A stretch of DNA of 59,607 nt from an uncultured Fusobacteriaceae bacterium (GTDB taxonomy: Bacteria > Fusobacteriota > Fusobacteriia > Fusobacteriales > Fusobacteriaceae): contig CAYSGC010000001.1 of NCBI GenBank assembly GCA_964430145.1, positions 1 to 59,607 of the forward strand, in the 5' to 3' direction. This document shows positions 20,132 to 29,819 of the stretch, in pieces. A program made the position numbers and the translations under genes. How positions within the stretch are numbered: position 1 is the stretch's first letter; the number at the start of each line of letters is the position of its first letter. The notes beneath the pieces were generated by a model, which was not told where the DNA came from, did no database searches, and saw nothing but the letters and a program-made list of their open reading frames with translations.

Positions 20132-22326
20132 GCTTTCTTCTCCTTTTCTTCAATGTTCAATATTAACTCATCATATTTTTCTGGTGGGAGATAATTATTT
20201 CCCTTCAAGTATTCATAAGTTATTTTTGAGTCATTATACTTACCTTTAGATTCCTTATACTTTTTCTGTGCATACAATGTATCTCCAAGCTCTTCTAAAG
20301 TTTTTCCTGTCAACAAAACTTCCAGCATTTTTATCTTATTTTCAAGTACCATCTTTTGATAATCATTTTTTATGTTAATTACCTTTTCATATGCTTCTTG
20401 GTACTTTAATTTACTCGCTTCATAGTCTTCTGCTACAAAAAAGACATCTCCTTCTTTTTCTAAGGAGTTAACTACTAGCTGGTCACTTTTTAATTTCTCT
20501 GCTACTTTTTTAGATTCTTTAAGTGATGTTACTGCTGCATCATATTCTTTATTCTCTATATGTAATCTAGCATCATTATAAAAACGCTCATTCTTTTCTT
20601 TTAAAACTTTTTTGAGTTCTTCTAAGTCTGAAATCTTAATTGCCATTTCGTCTCTTCTTGACTCTTCTCCAAGCTCTAAATAGATGCTTTTAGCCATTTT
20701 ATAATGAAGAATTGCTTCATCAATATCTATTGCTTCTGACCTTATACCTCTCTTTTCATAATTTTCTGCTTTTTGGTACTTCTTCTCTCTCTCTTTGGTT
20801 AACAGTTCTACTTTTGTATTAATTTCAGAAACTAGTTCTATTTCATCATATTTCATAAATACAAGTTTAGCTTCTAAATATGTTCTGATAGCAGCCGGAA
20901 CATTATTCCCCTTAACATAATCATCTGCTTGTTTTTTTAGATTTTCCCCTGCTATTAATACCTTAGTTTTTTCTAATTTTTCTTGTAATTCTGACTTTAA
21001 TTTTTGAAGCTTATTATAATTAATCTTTTCAATCTTATTTAATTCAATTAGACTTTCTTCATATAAAGTTTTAGAATTTTCAAACTCATTATTTGTGTAA
21101 TCAATATTTCCTTGCCTTAATTTTTCACTACCTATTTTTAGCTTTTCAATATCGCTTATTTTTATTTCAATATATTCTAATTGATCTTCATAGCTATAGC
21201 TCAATAATTCTGGTGTTAAGATTATTTTTTTAAACAAAGAACTGTTTTCTAATGATGTTTCCAATTTTTCGTATTGCTTTTCATTTTTTTTCAATAAATC
21301 TATAGCAGCCTCAAAATCATCTGTCTCTAATTTTTTCTCTACAAGTTTTTCATTCGCTTTAATTTGCTGGTGTTGAACATTCAATTCTTTTTTTACTTTA
21401 TATCCTCTATAGCTTAAGTGTGCCAAAAGAGACATTATTAAAATAACCCCCATCACTTTTAGCCATAAAGCTTTATAATTTCTTTTTATGATTGCCGTTC
21501 TATTTATAAAGATCCCAATCATTGTATAGTTTTCTAACTTACCCCTACTATTATCTTTGATTCTATTCTCAATACTTCCAATCCACTTTCCTACTCCGTT
21601 ACTTTTTGATAATTCTATTTCTATATCACTTTCATCTAAATTTTCCCAAGCCCCTTTAGTTAAAAGAAGAATCTTATCTCCTTCTTCTAAAACTGTCTTT
21701 CTTTTAGGTTTAACTTTCACTCTTCTATAATTCCCTATATACTGAGTTAAGTCATCTCTTAACCCATGAAACCTTAATCCGTCATACTCTAATTTATCTG
21801 CTAAATAAAATAAATAGGCCATTGTGTCATCCGCTGTTTTTTCATAAACTAAACCATCTCTTATCAATACCGCTCTAGCATTTCCTATACTTTCCATCAT
21901 AATAGATTTATAGTCACTTATAACTACAGCTATTGATGCTCCTATTCCCTTTTCTTCTTTAGCTTTCTCTTGAATTGAAGCAATTTTTAATTCAGCTTTT
22001 CTAATTATCTTCTTTAAATAACGTCTACTAAATTTAGGTTTTTTTATGAACTCTTTCATTACTTCTTCTGTTACAATTTGAGCAGCCTTTGCATTTCTTA
22101 TCCCACTTGAAACTACCCAACAGGAATAGTTTTCAAGCTCTATATAACCTGAGTAGTCTCGATTCTCTTCTTGTTGTCCTATTCGCGATAATACAGCGGT
22201 TACAAAATGACTCTCAAACTTTCTACCCTCTCTGCTCTCTTCTTTATTCTCTTTAAGAACAGGCAACTTTTCCTTAACCTTATTAATATTTTTTAACTGC
22301 TTATTTACATTTTGAATTTGATTCAT
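20098..22326 (-). CDS. PP2C-like (degenerate) domain + TM + TPR/helical repeat protein
   Basis: SRIG...NRD, SIGNARA, LTQYIG; TM LWLKVMGVILIMSLLA; helical repeats; ATG 22326 follows AAGGAG. Confidence 0.82.
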   Translation of the reverse strand: MNQIQNVNKQLKNINKVKEKLPVLKENKEESREGRKFESHFVTAVLSRIGQQEENRDYSGYIELENYSCWVVSSGIRNAKAAQIVTEEVMKEFIKKPKFSRRYLKKIIRKAELKIASIQEKAKEEKGIGASIAVVISDYKSIMMESIGNARAVLIRDGLVYEKTADDTMAYLFYLADKLEYDGLRFHGLRDDLTQYIGNYRRVKVKPKRKTVLEEGDKILLLTKGAWENLDESDIEIELSKSNGVGKWIGSIENRIKDNSRGKLENYTMIGIFINRTAIIKRNYKALWLKVMGVILIMSLLAHLSYRGYKVKKELNVQHQQIKANEKLVEKKLETDDFEAAIDLLKKNEKQYEKLETSLENSSLFKKIILTPELLSYSYEDQLEYIEIKISDIEKLKIGSEKLRQGNIDYTNNEFENSKTLYEESLIELNKIEKINYNKLQKLKSELQEKLEKTKVLIAGENLKKQADDYVKGNNVPAAIRTYLEAKLVFMKYDEIELVSEINTKVELLTKEREKKYQKAENYEKRGIRSEAIDIDEAILHYKMAKSIYLELGEESRRDEMAIKISDLEELKKVLKEKNERFYNDARLHIENKEYDAAVTSLKESKKVAEKLKSDQLVVNSLEKEGDVFFVAEDYEASKLKYQEAYEKVINIKNDYQKMVLENKIKMLEVLLTGKTLEELGDTLYAQKKYKESKGKYNDSKITYEYLKGNNYLPPEKYDELILNIEEKEKKAWKESNWIPFF

Positions 22327-22439
22327 TAATAGCTCCTTCAAAAAAAAGAATATACATGACATATATTCTTTTTAAATAGTGTTTTATAAACTTCTCTTCA
22401 GATAAAAAGTTTATTTTTATTAAATTTTTAAACTAGATA

Positions 22440-22958
22440 CTACCTGTCAATCTTCCAATCAAAATTTTCGCCACATAAAGCTACAAAAACAAATTTCGAA
22501 TTTCCTATTTCAATAACATCATATGAGTTCATTTGCCTTGGTGCGTAAACCGCCTCATTTTGAACGTACACAATTCCTGTACCTTCGCCTGGTAACATCA
22601 TGAAAACTCTTTGCTTAGGGTTATAAGCTATAATTGCATGGTTTTTACGAGCTATCGTATTGTCTCCTCCTATGCAAATATCCATTTCAGCTCCACGTCC
22701 TATAAAGTTCTTCTCTGTCTTTAATTTAAAATCTTTTCCTTTATCATAGCCACTAATACAAACTATCCATCCAACTACAGGATCAACTTCCATTTCGTTG
22801 GCCCAATAAATAGCTGTTTTTTCATCGTCATTTTCCACAATATCTATCGCTTCTTCCCTTATCTCTACATCTTCTAATCTTTCACTATTACAGTAAGGGC
22901 ATTCCTGATACTTAACTCCATTGTATACATGACCATTTTCACATCTCTCTAACTTCAT
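22440..22958 (-). CDS. Zn-ribbon + FHA domain protein
   Basis: CENGH..CPYC; NFIGR...IARKNHAII. Confidence 0.85.
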   Translation of the reverse strand: MKLERCENGHVYNGVKYQECPYCNSERLEDVEIREEAIDIVENDDEKTAIYWANEMEVDPVVGWIVCISGYDKGKDFKLKTEKNFIGRGAEMDICIGGDNTIARKNHAIIAYNPKQRVFMMLPGEGTGIVYVQNEAVYAPRQMNSYDVIEIGNSKFVFVALCGENFDWKIDR

Positions 22959-22974
22959 TTTTGCTCCTTTTTTA

Positions 22975-23640
22975 CTATTTTAATAATAAAGCCGTTGTCG
23001 CTAAATAAACTATGTCTCCACTTTCTACCTTCATAGGACAATTTTTTACTTTTAATTTCCTATTGTCTGAAAGCTTTTGAACTCCAGTTCCATTAACTGA
23101 TCCCAAGTCTTCTAAAAACCATCCAGAATCTGTTCTATTTAAAATAGCGTGTTTCTTACTGATTAACGATGAATATGCTGTTCCTGTTAAGTCTATATCT
23201 ACTCTCAATTTTGTTGTCTTCCCTAAAATTAAAGAACTTGATTTCCCAACTTTCCAAGTTTTAACATCATATCCTTCATCATTTTTCAATATTACGTGAG
23301 TTATCTTATTTTTATCATTTTTCTGTTTATCTTCTATATAAGTTACTAATTTTGCCTCTCTTAACCCTTGACTCTTCTCTTGTTTCTCTAAAGCTCTTTT
23401 CAGTTTCAAATTGGTTATTCCTAATTCTAATATCAAAAATAAAACTAATGCCTGGCTTGTTAGTATTAGCTTTTTTTGAGTTACTTCGCCATCAGAAAAG
23501 TAGTAGCCTATTCCTAATACCAAAATAAAAAATATAACCAATGAACTGTTTATATTATTTAAAGAATATCTTCTTTTTTGTTCTCTTTTTTGTCTTCTTA
23601 ACTCTCTTTTTAACTTAATTGTATTTATAATTCTTTTCAT
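22975..23640 (-). CDS. Two-TM FHA domain protein
   Basis: Two hydrophobic helices; ISKKHAIL...[10 protein letters not shown]. Confidence 0.87.
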   Translation of the reverse strand: MKRIINTIKLKRELRRQKREQKRRYSLNNINSSLVIFFILVLGIGYYFSDGEVTQKKLILTSQALVLFLILELGITNLKLKRALEKQEKSQGLREAKLVTYIEDKQKNDKNKITHVILKNDEGYDVKTWKVGKSSSLILGKTTKLRVDIDLTGTAYSSLISKKHAILNRTDSGWFLEDLGSVNGTGVQKLSDNRKLKVKNCPMKVESGDIVYLATTALLLK

Positions 23641-24050
23641 CTATTTTTCCCCTTATTAATCCCAAAATAGTTTCTAAAGAGGTTATCCACATCTTTATTC
23701 AATTCCCCGCTACTTTCCTTATTATTTTTTTTACTGCATTCAAAATTAAAGTAGTTACCAAATAAATCATCTATCTTACTCTTTGAAAATTTTTCTTCTT
23801 TCTGAAATTTTTCTTTTGATTTTCCTCCGATTTCATTATCGTATTTCTCTCTTCTTTTTACATCACTTAGAACTTCGTAGGCATTTTGAACTTCTTCAAA
23901 TCTAATTTGAGCATATCTTTTATCTTTTTCTGTAACAGAATGAAGTCTGTCTGGATGATATTTTTTCATCAATGCTTTATAACTCTTTTTGATTTCCAGT
24001 GCTGTTGCCTCTTTTAGAACCCCTAACACTTCATATAAATTTTTCTTCAT
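23637..24050 (-). CDS. J-domain (DnaJ-like) protein
   Basis: NLYEVLGV...KYHPD...AYEVLSD. Confidence 0.92.
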   Translation of the reverse strand: MKKNLYEVLGVLKEATALEIKKSYKALMKKYHPDRLHSVTEKDKRYAQIRFEEVQNAYEVLSDVKRREKYDNEIGGKSKEKFQKEEKFSKSKIDDLFGNYFNFECSKKNNKESSGELNKDVDNLFRNYFGINKGKNR

Positions 24051-24052
24051 TA

Positions 24053-24802
24053 TTATTCCACCATCATCTTTCTGATTCTCTTATTCTCTTTTTTTATTTG
24101 TGCATCACTCTCTTGCAGAATTTCACATAACATTACATAGAAAGAATTTAAATCATTTTTCTTATTTTCTTTCCCGTGTTTACTCTGAATATATGTTTCA
24201 ATAGCTTTTCTCTCTATCACTCCATTTAATATTGAATAAGCAATTATTTTATCATTTACTTCTAACTCTTGCTTTTTGAGTAATTCTTCTGCAAAATGTA
24301 TCATCAATATTTTAGGCAATATTTCTCCTGTCATTCCTGCTTTAGAAAGATTAACAACATTTAATAAATTATATTCTTCTAGTTGGCCTGTAAACTTCTC
24401 TATTTTTCTTAACTCTGCTCCTTCTCTCCTCTTTATTCTAAAAAATTCAAATACTATCTCTTGCTTGTTTTCTTCCTCTATTACTACCTCTAATTCCGTT
24501 TTTAAAAACTTATCTTCATTTATTTTTTTTAATTTTAATCCACATATATATAATCCATCATTTTCTGGAACATCAATAATACTATCTATTAAAATTTTAT
24601 ATAATTTCCCTTGTACCTTAATAATCCCCTTTGATATAACCACTTTATTATCATCTACACTAAGGTTAATTCCACTTATAACACCATCTGAATAATCGAT
24701 CCATCTTAGCTCTTGATACTCTAAGCTTGAATCTCTTAGTGAACCCAGCATTTCCTCGTCTAAGATCATTCCTCTTTTAAAAATTGGTATCTTATTCTCC
24801 AA
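24053..24802 (-). CDS. Putative baseplate connector (TssK-like N-terminus)
   Basis: [17 protein letters not shown] resembles the TssK start (W.EGM.L...HF); follows the tube gene; inference. Confidence 0.4.
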   Translation of the reverse strand: MENKIPIFKRGMILDEEMLGSLRDSSLEYQELRWIDYSDGVISGINLSVDDNKVVISKGIIKVQGKLYKILIDSIIDVPENDGLYICGLKLKKINEDKFLKTELEVVIEEENKQEIVFEFFRIKRREGAELRKIEKFTGQLEEYNLLNVVNLSKAGMTGEILPKILMIHFAEELLKKQELEVNDKIIAYSILNGVIERKAIETYIQSKHGKENKKNDLNSFYVMLCEILQESDAQIKKENKRIRKMMVE

Positions 24803-24873
24803 ACTTCCCCCCTACTTACCACCACTAAACGCTTTAAGCTTTTGACTTTATAAATAAATCAAAACTTTAAAAC

Positions 24874-24902
24874 GCTGGAAGGATCGAACCGATCCCTCCA
24901 GC
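24874..24902 (-). terminator. Strong hairpin after the sheath-tube gene pair
   Basis: Minus strand gctggagggatcg-gtt-cgatccttccagc followed by gtttt. Confidence 0.75.
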
Positions 24903-24912
24903 CTATTTTTAC

Positions 24913-25353
24913 TTATTCATCACTAGAAGCTGCATATCCACCTTCTATGGTCGCTTTTTCTAGCTTTTCCTTCTTTTGTTTTACAACCGCTCTAAACTCT
25001 CCTACTCCTCCTTCTGAATTATAGTCTTCTTCATAATCCAAAATGAAAGCATTTGGCAACTCAATTTTTCTTACAACAACACTACCTGCTATAACCTCTA
25101 GCTCTAATGCTCTATATGCATCGGAACTCTCTGCTGGTACAAGAGACCATACAGCCATTTTCCTTGTATCATCTGCTTCTTCACCATCAACAGGAGTAAT
25201 TATTTTCCCTTTTATTTCTAACGTCACACCTAAATCACTTGCTCTTGCATCTGAATCGTCTGGAGTGTCCGATAAAAACTTTACTGTTTTTATGTTATTA
25301 AGTCCTAAGTTAATTTCTTCTGTTTCTCCCTTTATTTTTACCCTAAATCCCAT
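24913..25353 (-). CDS. Putative inner tube protein (Hcp/TssD-like)
   Basis: 146 aa, beta-rich; W...RKIELPNAFILDYEEDY pattern resembles TssD/Hcp; strong RBS, directly after the sheath-like gene. Confidence 0.6.
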   Translation of the reverse strand: MGFRVKIKGETEEINLGLNNIKTVKFLSDTPDDSDARASDLGVTLEIKGKIITPVDGEEADDTRKMAVWSLVPAESSDAYRALELEVIAGSVVVRKIELPNAFILDYEEDYNSEGGVGEFRAVVKQKKEKLEKATIEGGYAASSDE

Positions 25354-25374
25354 TTCTTTTCCTCCTTATTTATT

Positions 25375-27528
25375 CTAGTCTTTTGTTATATCTAATATTA
25401 AATTCTTAACGTCTCCATTAAAACTTATATGTAAATTACATCTATTATCATCAATTTCAATAGTTAAATCATCACCAGGTTGCAAAATTGAATTTATCAA
25501 TTCTTGATTCCTGAGCCATTTATTCTTTTGACTTTTAGGATTATTACTAAAGAAGTCTTTTACCTTATCCTCTTTAAAGTCTGAAGTTAAAAATCTTAAA
25601 ATCCTTTCTATATAAGTTGTAGTTAACGTTTTATATACTGGCTCAAAATTTCCTTCTTCATTTGTTGCTAATGTTCTAGACTTATAGACGGTTATATTGT
25701 TTATAGGCATCCCACCTAACTGAACATTATCTGATGAAAATACATATCCAAAATTATTCCTGTTAATACTATCTTTAGTGGCTATTGTATACCCACTAAT
25801 TTCTTTGGAGAGTGTTGAGTAAATCTTTAAGCTATTATCCTTACTTTCTAAATTGATCCTTACTCCCGGTTCTTTCTGATCTACTTTCTTAAACCTCTTC
25901 CTTAAATATTCCGGACATTGATAAGCAGCTGTAACTCCTGCTGCAACATAAGCACTTTCTACATATACTCCTTCTATCCAGAACTTTATAATTTCTTCAT
26001 CTTTAGCAGCTATACCAGCTTCAGCCATTTTTAGCTTATAGTCTAAAATAACTGTTGACTTCTCTTTTGGTATAACCGTAAAATTAGGAACTGTAGGCAC
26101 AACAAATTCTGAAAATTTCTTATACTGAAGTGATCTTGTTTTTTCAACATACTTTTCAATTCCTGTAGTAGCTAAATTATTGAAAGTAGTATTTTCATTT
26201 GCTTTCATACTAAAGAAGCTTTGAACCTTATATTTCCTCAAAATATCCATCAGTACCTGAACATTTTCTAAAGTATTTCCTCTAACTCTTTCCTCTTCCT
26301 TATTAGTTCCTTTAAACCTTTGGCGTATGTTTTTCAGGTTATGTTTTTCATCAAATTGAACACTAGGAATAATTGAAAACCAAACAGTATTTTCAAAGTC
26401 ATTTTTCTCATTAACTGTATTAAGGTAAATTGAAAGAGCTTCTTTATTGTCACCTTTAAGTAACATTTCTAGTCTTATATTTGCTACTAACAAACTAGGC
26501 TGCATCCCATTCAAACCTTTCTCATATTGCTCGAAAAATAATTTTACTCCTAACAGCTTCTCCATTAAAGGTTTAGCTACTTTTATAAAATCTTCTTGAG
26601 CTTCTTTATAAAATTCTAGATAATGATTATAGTTCTTTATTTCTTGCTTATAATCTATCTTATCTGTGGTTGTCACTAGCGGCACAAAAGTTCTTACAAC
26701 TAAGCTTTTTACATAATCATTCGACTCTTCAGATACTTCCTCATAATCATCCTCAAAGCACTCTATCAACTTAGCATTACTAGAAGTTTCCGTTACATTG
26801 GTTAAAGCTTTAGATTTTTTAGGGTTATTTTCTAAAATCTTTAATTCTCCCTTGCTATCCATGCTTAAAAGTCCTAATTTAATTTCTTCCGACTTCTTAC
26901 CATTTTCGCCCGCTCCAAGTAATACTCTAGCTTTTATATCTTCCATTGCAAGGGGAAGCATTCCTAAAATATTATTATAATTCTTTCCAGCTTTCTCAAA
27001 AGATAAATTTAACTTGTCACCATATTCTAACTTAACAGGATCCCCTTCCTCGAGTTCCTCATATTTATCATAAATATAAGAAATCTCTTTCCTCAACTGT
27101 TTAATATCATCCATAACACTTTTAGGTGATAGCATATTCAAGATATCCTTAAAATTAAAATCTACATTCTTATCACCAACTACTTTTTTAGTATCTAATA
27201 AGGTTGATAGTACCTTAAAAAATGTATTTTCAAGGTTAATAGGGATCTCTGTTATATGTGCTTCTGGAATCCCATGTGGTTTTTCTAAAGAATATCTTAT
27301 CTTTTGGCTTGCAGCATTAAAGAAACTATAAATCTTAGGCTCAAATTTTTCTAAAAACTCATCAAAACTTTTAACTAAAAGTTCCTTATTAATCTCTTTT
27401 ATTTTCTCATCATTTAAACTTGTTAACTCTTTACCGCTTCCAATGAGAGTAAGTAAATCTAATTTTTCTGGGTTTATTTCCTCAAACAAAAGAGTTCTAT
27501 TTGTCTGTGGAAAAACGTTCATACTCAT
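25375..27528 (-). CDS. Putative contractile sheath protein
   Basis: C-terminal SAYVAAG...ITVYKSRTL...YKTLTTTYIERIL resembles the sheath pattern V(W)GARTL...RRL..YIE; ATG 27528 follows GGAGG. Confidence 0.55.
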   Translation of the reverse strand: MSMNVFPQTNRTLLFEEINPEKLDLLTLIGSGKELTSLNDEKIKEINKELLVKSFDEFLEKFEPKIYSFFNAASQKIRYSLEKPHGIPEAHITEIPINLENTFFKVLSTLLDTKKVVGDKNVDFNFKDILNMLSPKSVMDDIKQLRKEISYIYDKYEELEEGDPVKLEYGDKLNLSFEKAGKNYNNILGMLPLAMEDIKARVLLGAGENGKKSEEIKLGLLSMDSKGELKILENNPKKSKALTNVTETSSNAKLIECFEDDYEEVSEESNDYVKSLVVRTFVPLVTTTDKIDYKQEIKNYNHYLEFYKEAQEDFIKVAKPLMEKLLGVKLFFEQYEKGLNGMQPSLLVANIRLEMLLKGDNKEALSIYLNTVNEKNDFENTVWFSIIPSVQFDEKHNLKNIRQRFKGTNKEEERVRGNTLENVQVLMDILRKYKVQSFFSMKANENTTFNNLATTGIEKYVEKTRSLQYKKFSEFVVPTVPNFTVIPKEKSTVILDYKLKMAEAGIAAKDEEIIKFWIEGVYVESAYVAAGVTAAYQCPEYLRKRFKKVDQKEPGVRINLESKDNSLKIYSTLSKEISGYTIATKDSINRNNFGYVFSSDNVQLGGMPINNITVYKSRTLATNEEGNFEPVYKTLTTTYIERILRFLTSDFKEDKVKDFFSNNPKSQKNKWLRNQELINSILQPGDDLTIEIDDNRCNLHISFNGDVKNLILDITKD

Positions 27529-27720
27529 TTTCAGTACCTCCACTTTTCTACTTTTAAGTGATAGTACTTCATTTGACTTTACCCTGACAATTGTTAAATC
27601 CATCTATTTTTGAAGAAATGTCTCTTTTTGTAATGACAATTACAGATATTAACTCGCAAAATATACGCACACCACCAATAGAGAGTGCTCGTTTCTAGCA
27701 AAACAAAAGAACTTGTCATT

Positions 27721-27758
27721 AAAAAAAAAAAAAAAAAAGAGGGACATCCCTCTTTTTT
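27721..27758 (-). terminator. Intrinsic terminator with an 18-nt homopolymer tail
   Basis: Plus strand A18 (27721-27738)-gaggga-ca-tccctc-tttttt, right after the stop of 27760-28500. Confidence 0.75.
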
Positions 27759-27759
27759 A

Positions 27760-28500
27760 TTAAACTTCAACCTTCAAATAAATAGAATCCTTTATGTCTC
27801 TTCCTATTATCTTTTTAGACCAGTCATAAGCATTCTTAAAATACACTTCTTTTCTCATATCATAAACACTACCTGAAGGAGATATAACTGTATAAATCAA
27901 ATCATATTTTCTTCCTGTCTTTATGTTAAAGCTAAAAGCTTTGTTATAATCTTTTATTTTCTTGCCATTTACCGATAGTGCTATAATCTCATATCCTATA
28001 CGTGTATATGACTCTCTTGCAATATTGATCCTCAAGTCTAACACATCATTTCTTTTTATCCCTGATTTATGAACCGTTTTTTCTTTATTCCATCCTTCTT
28101 TATCATAACCGTCCTTAAATAATCCATTTCTGTTATAACCTAACTCATTAACACCATTTGCATTATATCCTTCTTTATCGTAACCTCTCCAGTCATAGCC
28201 ATTCTTATTATATCCACTTCTGTCATAACCATCACTGTCATACCCTTGATCGTTATAACCGTTTTTTTTATAACCTTCTGCATTATATCCTTCTCTATTA
28301 TAACCTTCCCAGTCATAACCTTCTCTGTTATAACCATCACGATCATATCCGTGGCTATCGTATTTATTTATGTCAATCAAACTCTCTGTTATTGAACTAT
28401 TCATCCCTTGGATATAACTTTCCGCTTTATTATAGCTTTCTGCACTCGTACACCCCATTAACGTAAGTAGTAATACTCCAAACATTATTATCTTATTCAT
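27760..28500 (-). CDS. Lipoprotein with GY(D/N)xx pentapeptide repeats
   Basis: Lipobox LMGC; tandem GYDRD/GYNRE/GYDWE repeats. Confidence 0.8.
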   Translation of the reverse strand: MNKIIMFGVLLLTLMGCTSAESYNKAESYIQGMNSSITESLIDINKYDSHGYDRDGYNREGYDWEGYNREGYNAEGYKKNGYNDQGYDSDGYDRSGYNKNGYDWRGYDKEGYNANGVNELGYNRNGLFKDGYDKEGWNKEKTVHKSGIKRNDVLDLRINIARESYTRIGYEIIALSVNGKKIKDYNKAFSFNIKTGRKYDLIYTVISPSGSVYDMRKEVYFKNAYDWSKKIIGRDIKDSIYLKVEV

Positions 28501-28527
28501 ATTCCCCTCCATTGAATTACTAGAATA

Positions 28528-29067
28528 TTATTTCTTAGATATCTCTTTCAATTCTTTTTTTCTCTCAAACTTTAGCTGTTCTTCTTGCTCTCTTTCCTTT
28601 TTGTATTTAGAATCAATTCTTTCTTGCTGATCATCTGCTTTTACCCTTAAAGCATCTAAATCGACATCTTTATTAACCATATAATTCATCTTCTTATCCT
28701 GGTACAAGTTAATATTCCCTTTAAACTTCTCTAATACTGTTAATTTATCTAAATTAATCTTTAACTCTGTCTGACACTCATCACACTTTTCATCAACTAT
28801 TCCATGCATAGAATCTGTACTCAAATATAAATCACAATTACACACTGGACAACTACCAGTAACTTTAAACTTATTTATAAACTTATTCTTCTTAAGGAAG
28901 GTATATCCCATTAATACCACTCCCACTACTGTTCCTATCGGAAAAACAAATAACAATCCAAATGCTATTATTCTTAAGATTGCTGTTTTCAACTTATACC
29001 AAAACCTTCCTTTTGTTTTCTGTTCCTCTAAAGAGATTGCTCCTTCTCTTCTCAAGTTTTCATTCAT
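28528..29067 (-). CDS. Membrane protein with Zn-ribbon
   Basis: TM hairpin, then CPVC...CDEC. Confidence 0.7.
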   Translation of the reverse strand: MNENLRREGAISLEEQKTKGRFWYKLKTAILRIIAFGLLFVFPIGTVVGVVLMGYTFLKKNKFINKFKVTGSCPVCNCDLYLSTDSMHGIVDEKCDECQTELKINLDKLTVLEKFKGNINLYQDKKMNYMVNKDVDLDALRVKADDQQERIDSKYKKEREQEEQLKFERKKELKEISKK

Positions 29068-29080
29068 AATCTATGTCCTC

Positions 29081-29602
29081 CTATTTTATTTTTAGCAGCT
29101 CTATTTCCCTAACCTTATATAACACTATTTCATTCCCAAACTTAACTCTCAATAGGTTGTATCCTGTTTCTTGATCCCTTATTACTTCCAACGGAGAAAC
29201 ATCACAAACCTTTTTTTGAATGGCTAGTTTAGCTTCTAAACCTTTTCTGATTGCATATTCTAACTCTCTAAATAAATTTCTCTTTATAATTCTTTCCCTT
29301 ATAGAAGGATGGAAGTTAGCATAAGTAGACAGCAACCTCCTAAAATACTCTGTCTCTATCTCTTCTTCACTTTCATCAAGCATGTCTCTAAAAAATCTTG
29401 TATTCCTCTCATTTAAGTTGAATGAGACCATTACCTTTTTTTCACTTGATATAATATCGTGAACTCTCAATGTCTTGTCATACCCCATTTCTTTAATTAT
29501 CAAATTACAAAGAGTTTCCATTTTTAAGCCAAAATAATTCAGATCTTGTAATAATATCTCTTTAATAAGTTTAGGAAGAGTTACTTTTGCTCTTTTCCTC
29601 AA
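29081..29602 (-). CDS. Putative regulator with WYL-like C-terminus
   Basis: DVSPLEV...YNLL...LYKVREI resembles the WYL pattern; N-terminus is ribbon-helix-helix-like. Confidence 0.5.
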   Translation of the reverse strand: MRKRAKVTLPKLIKEILLQDLNYFGLKMETLCNLIIKEMGYDKTLRVHDIISSEKKVMVSFNLNERNTRFFRDMLDESEEEIETEYFRRLLSTYANFHPSIRERIIKRNLFRELEYAIRKGLEAKLAIQKKVCDVSPLEVIRDQETGYNLLRVKFGNEIVLYKVREIELLKIK

Positions 29603-29819
29603 ACCACTTCCTCCAATTCAATTAGTCTCAATATATATTTTACAGTATTGCCAGCAGGGGCAAAAAGACCGCAGTTTTTTTATTTTTTATGCGTGTTTTT
29701 GATTGACATCATTGATTTTATTAGCTTCTAGAAGAATGATTTCCCCTCATAATGAGAACCTTTTGACTAAATTAAAAAAAGAGCCTCATTATTTCAGAAA
29801 CTCTTTCTTTATAAGACTC

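Noticed and set aside
28090-28360. 15-bp periodic repeats resembling an array
   Set aside because: They encode the lipoprotein's pentapeptide repeats; there are no spacers or cas genes. ORFs 28140-28346 and 28158-28466 are shadows.
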